This document shows, in pieces, positions 39,368 to 50,623 of a stretch of DNA of 64,000 nt (position 1 is the first letter of the stretch; every line of letters begins with the position of its first letter). Source of the DNA: Planctomycetota bacterium (GTDB lineage Bacteria > Planctomycetota > UBA1135 > UBA2386); assembly GCA_046290465.1 (NCBI GenBank), contig JBKAGP010000001.1, forward strand, positions 5,728,001 through 5,792,000. Direction: 5' to 3'. The position numbers were made by a program, and so were the translations under genes. Under the pieces are notes generated by a model. The model saw nothing but the letters and a program-made list of their open reading frames with translations. It searched no databases and was not told where the DNA came from.

Positions 39368-39831
39368 AGGTGCGCCTGTTGACCGTGAGCCACAAGCAGC
39401 CGCGCTGGGTGGTCGACGGCTGCGCCGAGTACGAGAAGCGGCTGCCGCGCGCCTGGCAGTTCCGGCTGGTCGAGATCAAGCCGGAAGCCCGCACCAGCGG
39501 CGCGACCACCGACAAGGTGCAGCGCGGCGAGGCCGACCGCATCCGCCGGGCGCTGCCGAAGAACGCGCTGCTGGTGGCGCTCGACGAGCGCGGCGCGTTG
39601 TGGACGACCGAGCAGTTCGCCGAGCGGATCGAGCGGTGGCAGCAGAGCGGCCGCGACCTCGCGTTCGTGATCGGTGGCGCCGATGGCCTCGATCCCGAGT
39701 TGCGGCGCGAGGCCGACGAGTGCCTGTCGCTGTCGCGCATGGTGATGCCGCACGGCCTGGTCCGGGTCGTGTTCGTCGAACAGCTGTATCGCGCCGCGAC
39801 GGTGATCGACGGCCATCCGTACCACAAATGA
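39364..39831 (+). CDS. rlmH: 23S rRNA pseudouridine1915 N3-methyltransferase
   Basis: EYEKRL, VALDERG, FVIGGADG, SLSRMVMPHGLVRVVFVEQLYRA...HPYHK. Confidence 0.95.
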   Translation: MKVRLLTVSHKQPRWVVDGCAEYEKRLPRAWQFRLVEIKPEARTSGATTDKVQRGEADRIRRALPKNALLVALDERGALWTTEQFAERIERWQQSGRDLAFVIGGADGLDPELRREADECLSLSRMVMPHGLVRVVFVEQLYRAATVIDGHPYHK

Positions 39832-41120
39832 ACGTGCCGTCCTCTGAGGTCCGTGTGCACGTCGCCGCGGTGGTGGCGCAGTGCCTCGAACGTGCCCGTG
39901 CACCGGCGGACGCGATGGCGTCGATGCCGGCGCTTCGCGGTGCCTCGCCGCAGCTGCGCGGCGACGTCGCGTCGTGGTCGCTGCGCACGCTGTCCGCGCG
40001 CCTGCGCCTGGAGGTGGCGCTGTCGGGTGTCGAAGGCCAGGAACTGCCGCGCCAGCCGGCCGAGCGCGCCCGGCTGCTGTCGCTGGCGGCGATGGTGGAG
40101 GCGGGGTTGCCGACCGGATCGTGGAGTGCCGGGCTGCCGAGCCGCGAACGGCTCCGTGCTGCGGTCGACGCGATCGACGATCCGATCGCGCGGCTGGCGG
40201 CGCGCGGCGCGGTGCCGCGCTGGCTGGCGTCGCGGTTCGCCGCGGCGTTCGGAGGAGAGGCCGACCAGGTGCTGGCCGGTCTCGGCGAGCCGCCGCCGCG
40301 CACGCTGCGCACCAACCTGTTGCGCGGCGACCGGGACGCGCTGCAGGAGGAGCTCGGGGCCGAAGGGGTCGCGACCGAGCCGGCGCGGTTCGCGCCGACC
40401 GCGCTGCACTGCGTCGACGGGGCCGACCTGTTCGCGACCGACGCGTTCCGCGACGGCTGGTTCGAACAGCAGGACGAAGCCAGCCAGCTGGCGGTGTGGG
40501 CGACCGCGCCGCCGCCCAAGGGCCGGGTGCTCGACCTGTGCTGCGGCAGCGGCGGCAAGACGCTCGGCCTCGCGGCGGCCCTGCGCAACCGCGGTGCGGT
40601 GATGGCGGCCGACGTGCACGCGGGCCGGCTGCGTGAGCTGCGCAAGCGGCTCGCCCGCGCCCGCGTCGACAACGTCGAACCGCGTTCGCTGGACGAAGAC
40701 TGCGAGCGTGTCGAGAGCTTCGCGCGGACCTGTGACCGCATCCTGATCGATGCACCGTGCAGCGGCACGGGCTCGTGGCGGCGCCGCCCGCAGGCGCGCA
40801 CCGCGATCGGAGAACGCGACCTCGACGAGCTGGTCCGGACGCAGCGCGACCTGCTGCTGCGCGCGGCTGGCTGGCTCGCGCCGGGAGCCCGGCTGATCTA
40901 CGCCACCTGCTCGTTGTTGCCCGAGGAGAACGTCGCACAGGTCGACTGGTTGCGTGAGCGCGCGCCGGACCTCGAGCTCGTCCGGCTGGTCGAGATCCTC
41001 GGCCGCGATCGGGCGGCTCCGATCGCCGATGCCACCGGCACGTTCCTGCAGGTCCGCCCGGACCGTCACGGCTGCGACGGCTTCTTCCTGGCGGTGCTGC
41101 GGCGGCCACGCGGGGTTTGA
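39828..41120 (+). CDS. RsmB/NOP2 family RNA m5C methyltransferase
   Basis: QDEASQ, VLDLCCGSGGKT, DAPCSGTG, LIYATCS, DGFF. Confidence 0.92.
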   Translation: MNVPSSEVRVHVAAVVAQCLERARAPADAMASMPALRGASPQLRGDVASWSLRTLSARLRLEVALSGVEGQELPRQPAERARLLSLAAMVEAGLPTGSWSAGLPSRERLRAAVDAIDDPIARLAARGAVPRWLASRFAAAFGGEADQVLAGLGEPPPRTLRTNLLRGDRDALQEELGAEGVATEPARFAPTALHCVDGADLFATDAFRDGWFEQQDEASQLAVWATAPPPKGRVLDLCCGSGGKTLGLAAALRNRGAVMAADVHAGRLRELRKRLARARVDNVEPRSLDEDCERVESFARTCDRILIDAPCSGTGSWRRRPQARTAIGERDLDELVRTQRDLLLRAAGWLAPGARLIYATCSLLPEENVAQVDWLRERAPDLELVRLVEILGRDRAAPIADATGTFLQVRPDRHGCDGFFLAVLRRPRGV

Positions 41121-41158
41121 CTCATCGCGGGCGTCGCCGGTTGCCGATCAGGTGGCCG

Positions 41159-43033
<1,875 letters not shown>

Positions 43034-43087
43034 CACCGCATACCGAACCCGGTTCAGGTTGCGCCACCTGGCGCCCGGCGGCGCGCC

Positions 43088-43585
43088 CTACAGGTCGTAG
43101 AACTCGAGGTCGACGCCGAGCACCTGCTTGGTCCACGCGTAGATCTGGCCGGCGTGGCCGGAAGTGTGCTCGAGAACGTGCAGGATCGCCGACAGGCCGT
43201 TCTCGGCGTAGCCCTGGATGGTGCGCGCCGCGAGCAGTTCGTTGACGTCGACCGCGTCGACGGTGTCGCAGGCGTCGCGGTAGACGCGCCCGAGCGCTGC
43301 GGTCATCTCGGCGACGGTGTGCTCGCCCTCGGCGGCGAACTCGGCGTCGCGCTGCCGCCGGTCCTCCAGCTCCGTGAACTCGGCCACGATCCACTGCGTG
43401 GTGTTGCCGCACAGATGCAGGACCAGGTTGCCGACCGAGTTGGTGTTGGCGGACGGGCGCTGCCAGACGCGCTGCTCGCCGAGCAGTTCGGCACAGCGGG
43501 TGATGCGCGGCAACTGCTCCTCGAGCAGCCGCCGACGGAACTCGCGACGAACGGTGGCGACCAGCTGGTCGAGCCGCTCGCTCAC
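43088..43585 (-). CDS. DinB/DUF1572 family protein
   Basis: NSVGNLVLHLCGN, RQRDAEF, HVLEHTSGHAGQI. Confidence 0.85.
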   Translation of the reverse strand: MSERLDQLVATVRREFRRRLLEEQLPRITRCAELLGEQRVWQRPSANTNSVGNLVLHLCGNTTQWIVAEFTELEDRRQRDAEFAAEGEHTVAEMTAALGRVYRDACDTVDAVDVNELLAARTIQGYAENGLSAILHVLEHTSGHAGQIYAWTKQVLGVDLEFYDL

Positions 43586-44052
43586 GCGACCTCGTCCTGC
43601 TCCGCGGCCGCCTTGCCGGCGGCGGTGCTCGTCTCGCCCTGCCGGCGCTCCTTGCGGCGCAGGTCGCCGACCTCCTCCTCGAGCAGCGCCAGCCGCTGCG
43701 CGAGCGTGCGCTGACGGTGGGTCAGGCGGCTGAGCCGGATCGAGAACTGCACGCACAGCGCCATCAGGAACACGATCGCCCCGAAGAACAGCGTCGACGC
43801 CGAGCTCGCGGCGCCGAGCCAGCCGGTGATCGTCAGCAGCAGGTCCTGGTCGAGCGCGAGCACGCACACGGCGACGGCGGTCGCGACCCAGACCCACGAG
43901 TACTCTTCGCGCAGCTTGCGGCGGCGCACCAGCTCGAACACCACCAGCACGACGGCGATCGCGCCGGCGATCGCGACGATGCGCTGGCGGTCGTGCATCG
44001 GTTCGAGGTCGGCGGCGAACGTGGCCGCGAGCTGCAGCGTGGAGCCGATCAC
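43582..44052 (-). CDS. DUF2304 membrane protein
   Basis: VFELVRRRKLREEYSWVW...SIRLSRL...TLAQRLALLE; coupled to the GT2 gene. The GT2+DUF2304 pairing is well known. Confidence 0.88.
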   Translation of the reverse strand: MIGSTLQLAATFAADLEPMHDRQRIVAIAGAIAVVLVVFELVRRRKLREEYSWVWVATAVAVCVLALDQDLLLTITGWLGAASSASTLFFGAIVFLMALCVQFSIRLSRLTHRQRTLAQRLALLEEEVGDLRRKERRQGETSTAAGKAAAEQDEVA

Positions 44053-44786
44053 GACGTCCTCGCGACGGTGTCCGCGGTGCGCAGCGGAGTCGGCCGACGG
44101 ATCGGCATCAGCAGCAGCGTCAGCAGCATCTTGTAGCCGTAGTAGGCGATGCGCGCGCCGCGGTGCATCGACAGGCCGCCGATGCGTTCGTGCATCACGA
44201 CCGGCACCTCACGCACGACCAGGCCGCGGCGGTGGTGCTGCACCAGCACGTCGGCGTCGGGGTAGTCCTCGGGGAAGCCGTCGTTGACGACCGAATCGAG
44301 CGCGCGGCGCGACAGGCCCTGGAAGCCGCTGGTGGGGTCGGTGATCCGCGAGCCGATCCAGCGGCTGGCGATCCACGAGAACAGGCGCGTGCCGACGCGG
44401 CGGGCGAAGCTGCTGCGCGGCGCCCGCTGGTCGAGGTAGCGCGAGCCGAGCGCGATGTCGGCGCCCTGGTCGAGCGCGTCGACCAGGCGGGCGAGCATGG
44501 TCGGATCGTGCTGGCCGTCGGCGTCCATCTGCAGCACGCGCTGGTAGCCACCGCGCAGCGCGGCGCAGTATCCCGAGTGCAGCGCCGTGCCGTAGCCGAG
44601 GTTGAACGGGTGGCGCAGCACGCGCGCGCCGGCGGCGCGGGCCTCCATCGCGGTGCCGTCCGGGCTGCCGTCGTCGACCACCAGCACGTCCAGGTCCAGC
44701 TGCTGACGGCGCACGGCGCGCACGACGTCACCGACGCGTCCGGATTCGCAATAGGCAGGAATGACGAGGACGGTGGAAGCGCGCAC
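44049..44786 (-). CDS. GT2 polyprenol-phosphate glycosyltransferase (DPM1-like)
   Basis: VIPAYCE, VVDDGSPDGT, NLGYG, MDADGQHDP, GSRY, DPTSGF. Confidence 0.92.
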   Translation of the reverse strand: MRASTVLVIPAYCESGRVGDVVRAVRRQQLDLDVLVVDDGSPDGTAMEARAAGARVLRHPFNLGYGTALHSGYCAALRGGYQRVLQMDADGQHDPTMLARLVDALDQGADIALGSRYLDQRAPRSSFARRVGTRLFSWIASRWIGSRITDPTSGFQGLSRRALDSVVNDGFPEDYPDADVLVQHHRRGLVVREVPVVMHERIGGLSMHRGARIAYYGYKMLLTLLLMPIRRPTPLRTADTVARTS

Positions 44787-44952
44787 GGGGGGGACTCCCC
44801 CGCAGTCTATGGACGTGGTCGCGCCGCCGCCAATGCTTGTTGCCGATTGCGCAGCGATGCGGCAGAACGCTTCGCCGGGCCCTGCGCTTGCGGCAGAATC
44901 TGCTGGTGGGGGTGGGCCCGAAGGCGCGCCCGACCTACCAGACCGAAAGACC

Positions 44953-45549
44953 ATGTTGATCCGTTTCGTAGCCGTTGGCCTGCTCGGCCTTCTCCTGACC
45001 GCCTGCAGCAGCACCCGCGACACCCGCGTCGACCCGGACGCCGCCGACACCGTGACGGGCACCGGCCTGCAGAGCATGGACATCCGCACGATGGCGCAGC
45101 AGATGGCGGCCGACCTGAAGGCCGACGGGATCCTGGCCGGCGGCAAGGAGGGCGAGCGGGTCTCCTTCTACGTGACCGAGATGAAGAACGACAGCTCGGA
45201 CGTGATCGACAAGGAGATCATCCTGCTCAACCTGCGCACCGAGCTGTTCAAGGCCTACGGCCGCCGCGTTCGCTTCCTCGACCGGTCGCCCGAGGCCAAC
45301 GAGATCACCGACGCCGAGCGCCGCATGAAGGACCGCGGCCAGGTTTCGGGCGTCAACGACAAGAAGATCGCCGGCGGCGACTACGTGCTGAAGGGCGTCA
45401 TGAAGAGTCGCGACCGCCAGGCCGGCCGCCTGCGCTCGTCCTACATCAGCGTCACGTTCGAGCTGACGGACCTGGTGACCCAGGAGCTCGCCTGGACCAA
45501 CAACTACGACATGAAGACCGAGTCGGAGAAGTCGGTCATCAACCGCTAG
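44953..45549 (+). CDS. LpoB-like lipoprotein
   Basis: LTAC lipobox; DIRTMAQQMAADL, MKNDSSDVID, GDYVLKG, FELTDLVTQELAW match the LpoB/CsgG-type fold. Confidence 0.75.
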   Translation: MLIRFVAVGLLGLLLTACSSTRDTRVDPDAADTVTGTGLQSMDIRTMAQQMAADLKADGILAGGKEGERVSFYVTEMKNDSSDVIDKEIILLNLRTELFKAYGRRVRFLDRSPEANEITDAERRMKDRGQVSGVNDKKIAGGDYVLKGVMKSRDRQAGRLRSSYISVTFELTDLVTQELAWTNNYDMKTESEKSVINR

Positions 45550-45556
45550 TTCCGTC

Positions 45557-46807
45557 GTGCCCCGCACCGCCCCGTTGCGCTCGCTGCTGCTGATCCTCTG
45601 CGCGTCGCTGGTCGCGACCGGCTGCTCGATCTCGCAGCCGGACGTGCCGGTGCGTCGCTTCCTCGGCGGCGACTTCGAAGCGGTGCGCGCGTTCGCCGAG
45701 CGGGAGACCGTCGACGGCGACCCCGAGAACCTGGCGCTGCTGCTCAACGTGCAGGGCCAGTGCGAGCTCTACCTCGGCGACGACGCCGCGGCGCGTCGCA
45801 CGCTGCTGCGCGCGGCGCAGATTATGGGCACCTGGGCGACCAGCGGCGGCGAGGCGACCGCCGCGATCGTCGGCAGCGAGAGCAGCAAGACCTACAAGGG
45901 CGACCCGTTCGAGAAGGCGATGAACGCCTTCTACCTGGCCTGCGCCTACCTGCAGAAGGGCGAGCCCGACAACGCCCGCGCGGCGCTGAAGCGCGGCATC
46001 CTGATGGACGCCGAGGTCGGCGACGAGAAGTACCAGGCCGACAACGCGCTGCTGTTCTGGATGGCCGGGCGGATGAGCAAGCTCTACGGCGGCAGCGGCG
46101 CCGACGACTTCTACCGGGAGGCGCGCGAAGCCAACCGGTTTGCGATCGAGCACGGTTCCCGCGGCGACCCCGACAACCCGGTGCTCGCCGACCCCGCAGC
46201 CGGCAACCTGGTGCTGCTGCTGCCGATCGGCCTCGGCCCCGAGAAGTACGGCGATGGCAGCGAACAGGAGCTCGCGCGCTACCGGGCGCAGTCGCACCCT
46301 GCCGTCTCGGCGGTCGCGTCGATCGACGGCCGGCCGATCGGCGGCGCGACGATCCTCAACGACGTCGTCTACCAGGCCCAGACGCTCGGCGGCACCGCGA
46401 TGGAGGGGATCCGCAAGGGCAAGGCGGTGTTCAAGCGTTCGTCGCGGATCTCGGGCGCGATCCTGCTCAACGAGGGCATCCGCAACCGCAACCGCAACAA
46501 GGACAAGGCGCGGGCGCAGGCGATCGCCGGCGGCGCGCTGCTGCTGCTCAGCGTGCTGACGTCGACGGCGGCCGACGTGCGCCACTGGCCGACGCTGCCG
46601 TCGACCGTGCAGGTGATCACCGCCGACGTGCCGCCCGGGCGACACGAACTGGTGGTCGACTTCGTCGACGGTCGCGGCCGTCCGCTGCAGGGGCTGCAAC
46701 ACCGCCTCGTCATCGAGGTTCCGCAGTCGGGCGAAGCCTGGCTGCTGGTCCCGTCGCTGCCGCAGCCGCCGCCGGCGTCGTCCCAACCCGCACCCCCTCG
46801 GCCGTGA
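45557..46807 (+). CDS. COG3014-like TPR lipoprotein
   Basis: ATGC lipobox; YKGDPFEKAMNAFYLACAYL...ARAALKR; ADVRHWPTLP. Confidence 0.75.
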   Translation: MPRTAPLRSLLLILCASLVATGCSISQPDVPVRRFLGGDFEAVRAFAERETVDGDPENLALLLNVQGQCELYLGDDAAARRTLLRAAQIMGTWATSGGEATAAIVGSESSKTYKGDPFEKAMNAFYLACAYLQKGEPDNARAALKRGILMDAEVGDEKYQADNALLFWMAGRMSKLYGGSGADDFYREAREANRFAIEHGSRGDPDNPVLADPAAGNLVLLLPIGLGPEKYGDGSEQELARYRAQSHPAVSAVASIDGRPIGGATILNDVVYQAQTLGGTAMEGIRKGKAVFKRSSRISGAILLNEGIRNRNRNKDKARAQAIAGGALLLLSVLTSTAADVRHWPTLPSTVQVITADVPPGRHELVVDFVDGRGRPLQGLQHRLVIEVPQSGEAWLLVPSLPQPPPASSQPAPPRP

Positions 46808-46883
46808 CCCTGCAACCCCATCGCGGCGCCTGCGCTGACCCGCGCCGCGCCGCCCGGACATCCCTCCTGGTCGCCACCACGAC

Positions 46884-48116
46884 ATGAACACCACCTCCAA
46901 CTTGGTCTGCTCCGTCCTCCTCGCGGCTGCCGTTCCGGCCGTCGCCGCCGTCCCCGCCCAGGAAGCGCCGCAGGCAAAGGCTGCCGAGGATGCGCGCAAG
47001 GATGCCTGGAGCGAGGGCTTCGGCCGCGCGCCGAGCTACCGTTCGGCGCTGGCGCAGGCGCTCGAGGACGCGGTCGCCAAGGCCAAGGGGGTGGAGGTCG
47101 CGCGCGGGCCGTCGATCCGCAGCCGGCTGGCGGTCGTCGCCGAGCACGAGGACGGCGAGCAGCGGGGCTTCTTCGACGGCGAGGCCGAGAACGAGCGCGA
47201 GTGGGTGCAGCAGCAGATCGCCGGCTTCGTGCGCAGCTACGAGGTCGACAAGAAGGCCAAGGCCGACGACCGGATGTGGGAGGTGAGCGTGCGCGCGCTG
47301 GTCGCCGGGCTCGACCACCTGGCCTCCGAGCTGGTCATCGAACTGCAGGACAACGACCTGCGCAGCTGGCAGCTCGAGCGCTTCGAGGAGGGCGGCCCCG
47401 GCCGCGCGTTCGATCGGCGCAAGGGCCGCTTCCAGGGGCCGAAGATCGGCGAGTACCTGCGTCGCAGCGGCGCCGTCAAGGTCACCGGCAGCGGCAAGGG
47501 CGTGAACGTTCGCACGGGCACCGAGCGCACCCAGCGCGAGAAGGCCGGCCACCAGCTGATCGCCTCGCACCGCGTGGTGATCGAATGGCAGCCGCTGGTC
47601 GTGCAGTCGCTGGTCGAGAAGCCCAACAAGGCGCGTCCGACCAAGGGGCCGCGGCCCGAGTACATGAGCGGCGGCGCGGTCACCGTCACGCTGAAGGTCG
47701 AGGACCTGGTGCACGACGTCGTGCTGCTCGACGAGACGTTCTCGGTGCCGGCGGACAAGCCGTCGCAGTGGTCGGCGGACCGGCTCGACGCGTTCGTCAC
47801 CGATCTGGTCGACAAGGCCAAGGGCGAGGTCGCGAAGAAGGTGTTCTTCACGCTGCGGCCGCCCGTGGTGATGCGCAAGTGGGCCGGCGACGGCGGCGCC
47901 TGGTTCGTCGAGGCGCGCATGAGTAAGCGGGTCGCCGCCGGCTTCCGCAAGTTCACCGTCGGCAACGACGGTTCGCTGGCCAACCCCGACTGGCAGGACC
48001 TCGCCACCGCGACGCTGGTCGGCGGCAGCGCCCAGTCCTGCACCTTCCGTCTGGCCGACGTCGCCGATGCCTCGCACATCGTTGCCGACGTCAGCCAGGT
48101 CCGTCCCGTCCGGTAG
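46884..48116 (+). CDS. Periplasmic protein with LPP20/FlgT-N-like domain
   Basis: Signal ...AVPA|Q; SEGFG...ALAQALEDAVAKAKGVEV...GFVRSYEV...WEVSVRALV. Confidence 0.6.
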   Translation: MNTTSNLVCSVLLAAAVPAVAAVPAQEAPQAKAAEDARKDAWSEGFGRAPSYRSALAQALEDAVAKAKGVEVARGPSIRSRLAVVAEHEDGEQRGFFDGEAENEREWVQQQIAGFVRSYEVDKKAKADDRMWEVSVRALVAGLDHLASELVIELQDNDLRSWQLERFEEGGPGRAFDRRKGRFQGPKIGEYLRRSGAVKVTGSGKGVNVRTGTERTQREKAGHQLIASHRVVIEWQPLVVQSLVEKPNKARPTKGPRPEYMSGGAVTVTLKVEDLVHDVVLLDETFSVPADKPSQWSADRLDAFVTDLVDKAKGEVAKKVFFTLRPPVVMRKWAGDGGAWFVEARMSKRVAAGFRKFTVGNDGSLANPDWQDLATATLVGGSAQSCTFRLADVADASHIVADVSQVRPVR

Positions 48117-48145
48117 CCGCCGCCACCCGGCGCAACGATCCAACC

Positions 48146-48562
48146 ATGAACGTCCTGCTCAAGCTCGCAAGCCTCTCCGCCCTGACCTTCCTCGCCGCGT
48201 GCGGCGGCACCCGGCCGTGGGCCGCGCTGCCGATCGAGGACGATGCCGAGATGGTCTCCAACGTCGTCATCACCGACGGCGACCTCTACGACGACATCCG
48301 CGTCGGCCGTGCCGGGGTCGAGCGCATCGAGACCAGCAACCAGCTCAAGGTGATGGTCCCGATCCGCAACATCTCGGACCGCACGCTGCAGATCCGCGTG
48401 CAGACGAGCTTCCTCAACCTGCAGAAGCAGCCGATCGGGGACGATACCAACCAGCAGGTCCAGATCCTGAGCCCCGGCATGACGGTCACGCACACCGCGG
48501 TGTCGAAGAAGACCGAGGCGCGCGACTGGACCATGCGCATCATCCCGAACAACAAGTCATGA
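48146..48562 (+). CDS. YcfL/DUF1425 family lipoprotein
   Basis: LAAC lipobox; LKVMVPIRN...LQIRVQTSFL...ILSPG...AVS...ARDWTMRI. Confidence 0.75.
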   Translation: MNVLLKLASLSALTFLAACGGTRPWAALPIEDDAEMVSNVVITDGDLYDDIRVGRAGVERIETSNQLKVMVPIRNISDRTLQIRVQTSFLNLQKQPIGDDTNQQVQILSPGMTVTHTAVSKKTEARDWTMRIIPNNKS

Positions 48563-49098
48563 ACCCGACCCGCTGCCTGTTGCCGTCGTTGCTGATCGCG
48601 CTCGTCGCGACTGCCTGTGCTGGCCCGGCGCCGCTGCCGCGCCAGCCGCTGGCTCCGGCGGCCGCGCCGACCACCGGGCCCGCCGGCGAAGACGGCCTCG
48701 TCGAGCGGGGCTTCTTCGAGCGGGGCCGCGTGCGGGCCGAGGCGGCCGAGCGGCTCACGCCGGCCGCTCCGACGACCGTGCCGGCCGAGCCGATCGAACC
48801 CAACCCCGCGCGGCCGGCGGCGCCGGTGTTCCGCTCGTTCGTCGAGACGGTCGAGGTTCCCGTCGAGCGGGTCGTCGAGGTCGAGGTCCAGCCGCGCCGC
48901 TACGACCGCTACGACGCCTACGTCGGCAGCCGCCGCGCCTACCGGCGGCGCGGCACCACGCCGTTCCCGATCGGCACCGCCATCGGTGCGGGGGTCGGCG
49001 CGATCGTCGGCCACCAGGACGGTCGCCGCGGTCGCGGGGCGCTGATCGGCAGCGGCATCGGCCTGCTGTTCGACCTCGATCGCTGGTCGCGCTGGTAG
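48559..49098 (+). CDS. Glycine-zipper lipoprotein
   Basis: ATAC lipobox; GTAIGAGVGAIVGHQ...GALIGSGIG; ATGA overlap. Confidence 0.75.
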   Translation: MNPTRCLLPSLLIALVATACAGPAPLPRQPLAPAAAPTTGPAGEDGLVERGFFERGRVRAEAAERLTPAAPTTVPAEPIEPNPARPAAPVFRSFVETVEVPVERVVEVEVQPRRYDRYDAYVGSRRAYRRRGTTPFPIGTAIGAGVGAIVGHQDGRRGRGALIGSGIGLLFDLDRWSRW

Positions 49099-49114
49099 CG
49101 AGGGCGACGCACGC

Positions 49115-50578
49115 CTAGAGCTGTCGCGGCACCAGTTCGACCTCGACCAGGTCGAGCCAGAAGTCGGCCGGATCGCCGTCCTCGAGGTCGGCGATGACCG
49201 TGAACTGGAAGTCGCCCTCCTTGCTGACGTGCCGCAGGCTCGACGTGCGGAACGTGACCTCCTGCTCGGTCGTCGACGTCGGCGTGAACTCGATCGCTGT
49301 GTCGTAGCGGTTGTCGGCGAGGTTGCGCACCGACATGCGCAGCACCGGCTCGCCGTCGACGCGCGACACCCGGGCCTGCGCGCGCACCCGCACCTCGAAG
49401 ACGTGCTCGGGCTGTTCGACCGGCAGCGATACGCGGCAGTTGATGCCGGCGATCTGCCGGCCGCCGCTCGCGGTCGTGCGCAGGTAGTACTCGTTGCCGT
49501 CGTCGTCCTCGATCTGCGACAGCGCGCCGAACGCGCCGGACGCCAGCACGATCACGATGTTGGCCGCGGTGATGTCGAGCCGCTGCGGTGTGCCGGCGGT
49601 CTCGGCGGCCGGCTGGTCCGGCAGGAAGGCGAGGCCGCCGTAGATCCAGCGCTCGTCCGGCCACAGCAGCGTCGGTTCGCCGGCCGTGCCGGGCGCGTGC
49701 GCGAGCCGCAGCGTCTGGCGGCCGGCGCCCGGCTCGGCGAGCCCGAACCACAGCCGGTCCTGCTGCGGGTCGAAGCGCGGCCACGCCACTTCGCCATCGG
49801 GGGCGAGCCGCACCGTGACCACGCCGCTCGCCACGTCGACGACGCACAGGCTGGCGAGCTGCTCGGACGTGCGGCGCACGAACACGATCTGCGCGCCGTC
49901 CGGGGAGAACGCCGGCTGCCGGTCGCCGTTGCCGCTGCCGACGGTCGCGCCGCCGTCGGTCAGCTGCACTTCGCCGAAGCCGCCGCCGCTGGCCAGGTAG
50001 AGCGTATGGCGGCCGTCCTGGTCGGCGCGGCTGAACACCACCTGGTCGCTGGCGGCCGACCAGTCCGGCTCGCCGTCGGCGAAGCCCATCGGCACCGGCA
50101 CGAACGGCTGCGCGTCGGCGCCGGTGTCGGTGCAGGTCCACAGCTGCGGCTCGCCGTCGCGTTCGCTGACGAACAGCACGCGGCTGCCGTCGGGCGACCA
50201 GACCGGGTGGTCGTCGCGTGCGCCGTTGTTGCTCAGGCGCAGTTCGCCCGAGCTGCCGTCGATCGACGACACGAACAGCTCGCGGCTCGACGGCTGGTCG
50301 TTCTGGCGTTCCCTTGCGAACACGACCCGCGCGCCGTCGGGGTGCAGCGCCGGGCGTGACTCGAAGCCGGTGCGGTCGGCGACGCGGCCGGTGCCGAGGT
50401 TGCGGTACGAGCGCAGCGCCAGCTCGGCGAAGCGGTGCGGCGAGTCGACGCGGGCGCGGCTGACCAGCAGCGCCGGCGGGCCTTCGATCGCCAGCGCCGT
50501 GCCGCCGCCGCCGCCACCGCCGCAGGCGGCGAGCGTCGACGAGATGGCGGCGAGCAGGCTTCGGTGGCGCAGCGACAT
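49115..50578 (-). CDS. TolB-like PD40 beta-propeller lipoprotein
   Basis: LAACGGGG lipobox; PALHPDG, PVWSPDGSRVLFVSERDG, PAFSPDGAQIVFV. Confidence 0.82.
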   Translation of the reverse strand: MSLRHRSLLAAISSTLAACGGGGGGGTALAIEGPPALLVSRARVDSPHRFAELALRSYRNLGTGRVADRTGFESRPALHPDGARVVFARERQNDQPSSRELFVSSIDGSSGELRLSNNGARDDHPVWSPDGSRVLFVSERDGEPQLWTCTDTGADAQPFVPVPMGFADGEPDWSAASDQVVFSRADQDGRHTLYLASGGGFGEVQLTDGGATVGSGNGDRQPAFSPDGAQIVFVRRTSEQLASLCVVDVASGVVTVRLAPDGEVAWPRFDPQQDRLWFGLAEPGAGRQTLRLAHAPGTAGEPTLLWPDERWIYGGLAFLPDQPAAETAGTPQRLDITAANIVIVLASGAFGALSQIEDDDGNEYYLRTTASGGRQIAGINCRVSLPVEQPEHVFEVRVRAQARVSRVDGEPVLRMSVRNLADNRYDTAIEFTPTSTTEQEVTFRTSSLRHVSKEGDFQFTVIADLEDGDPADFWLDLVEVELVPRQL

Positions 50579-50623
50579 GGGGTCATCGTAGCGCGCTGCC
50601 GCGACAGCCGGTATGACGCGGGG

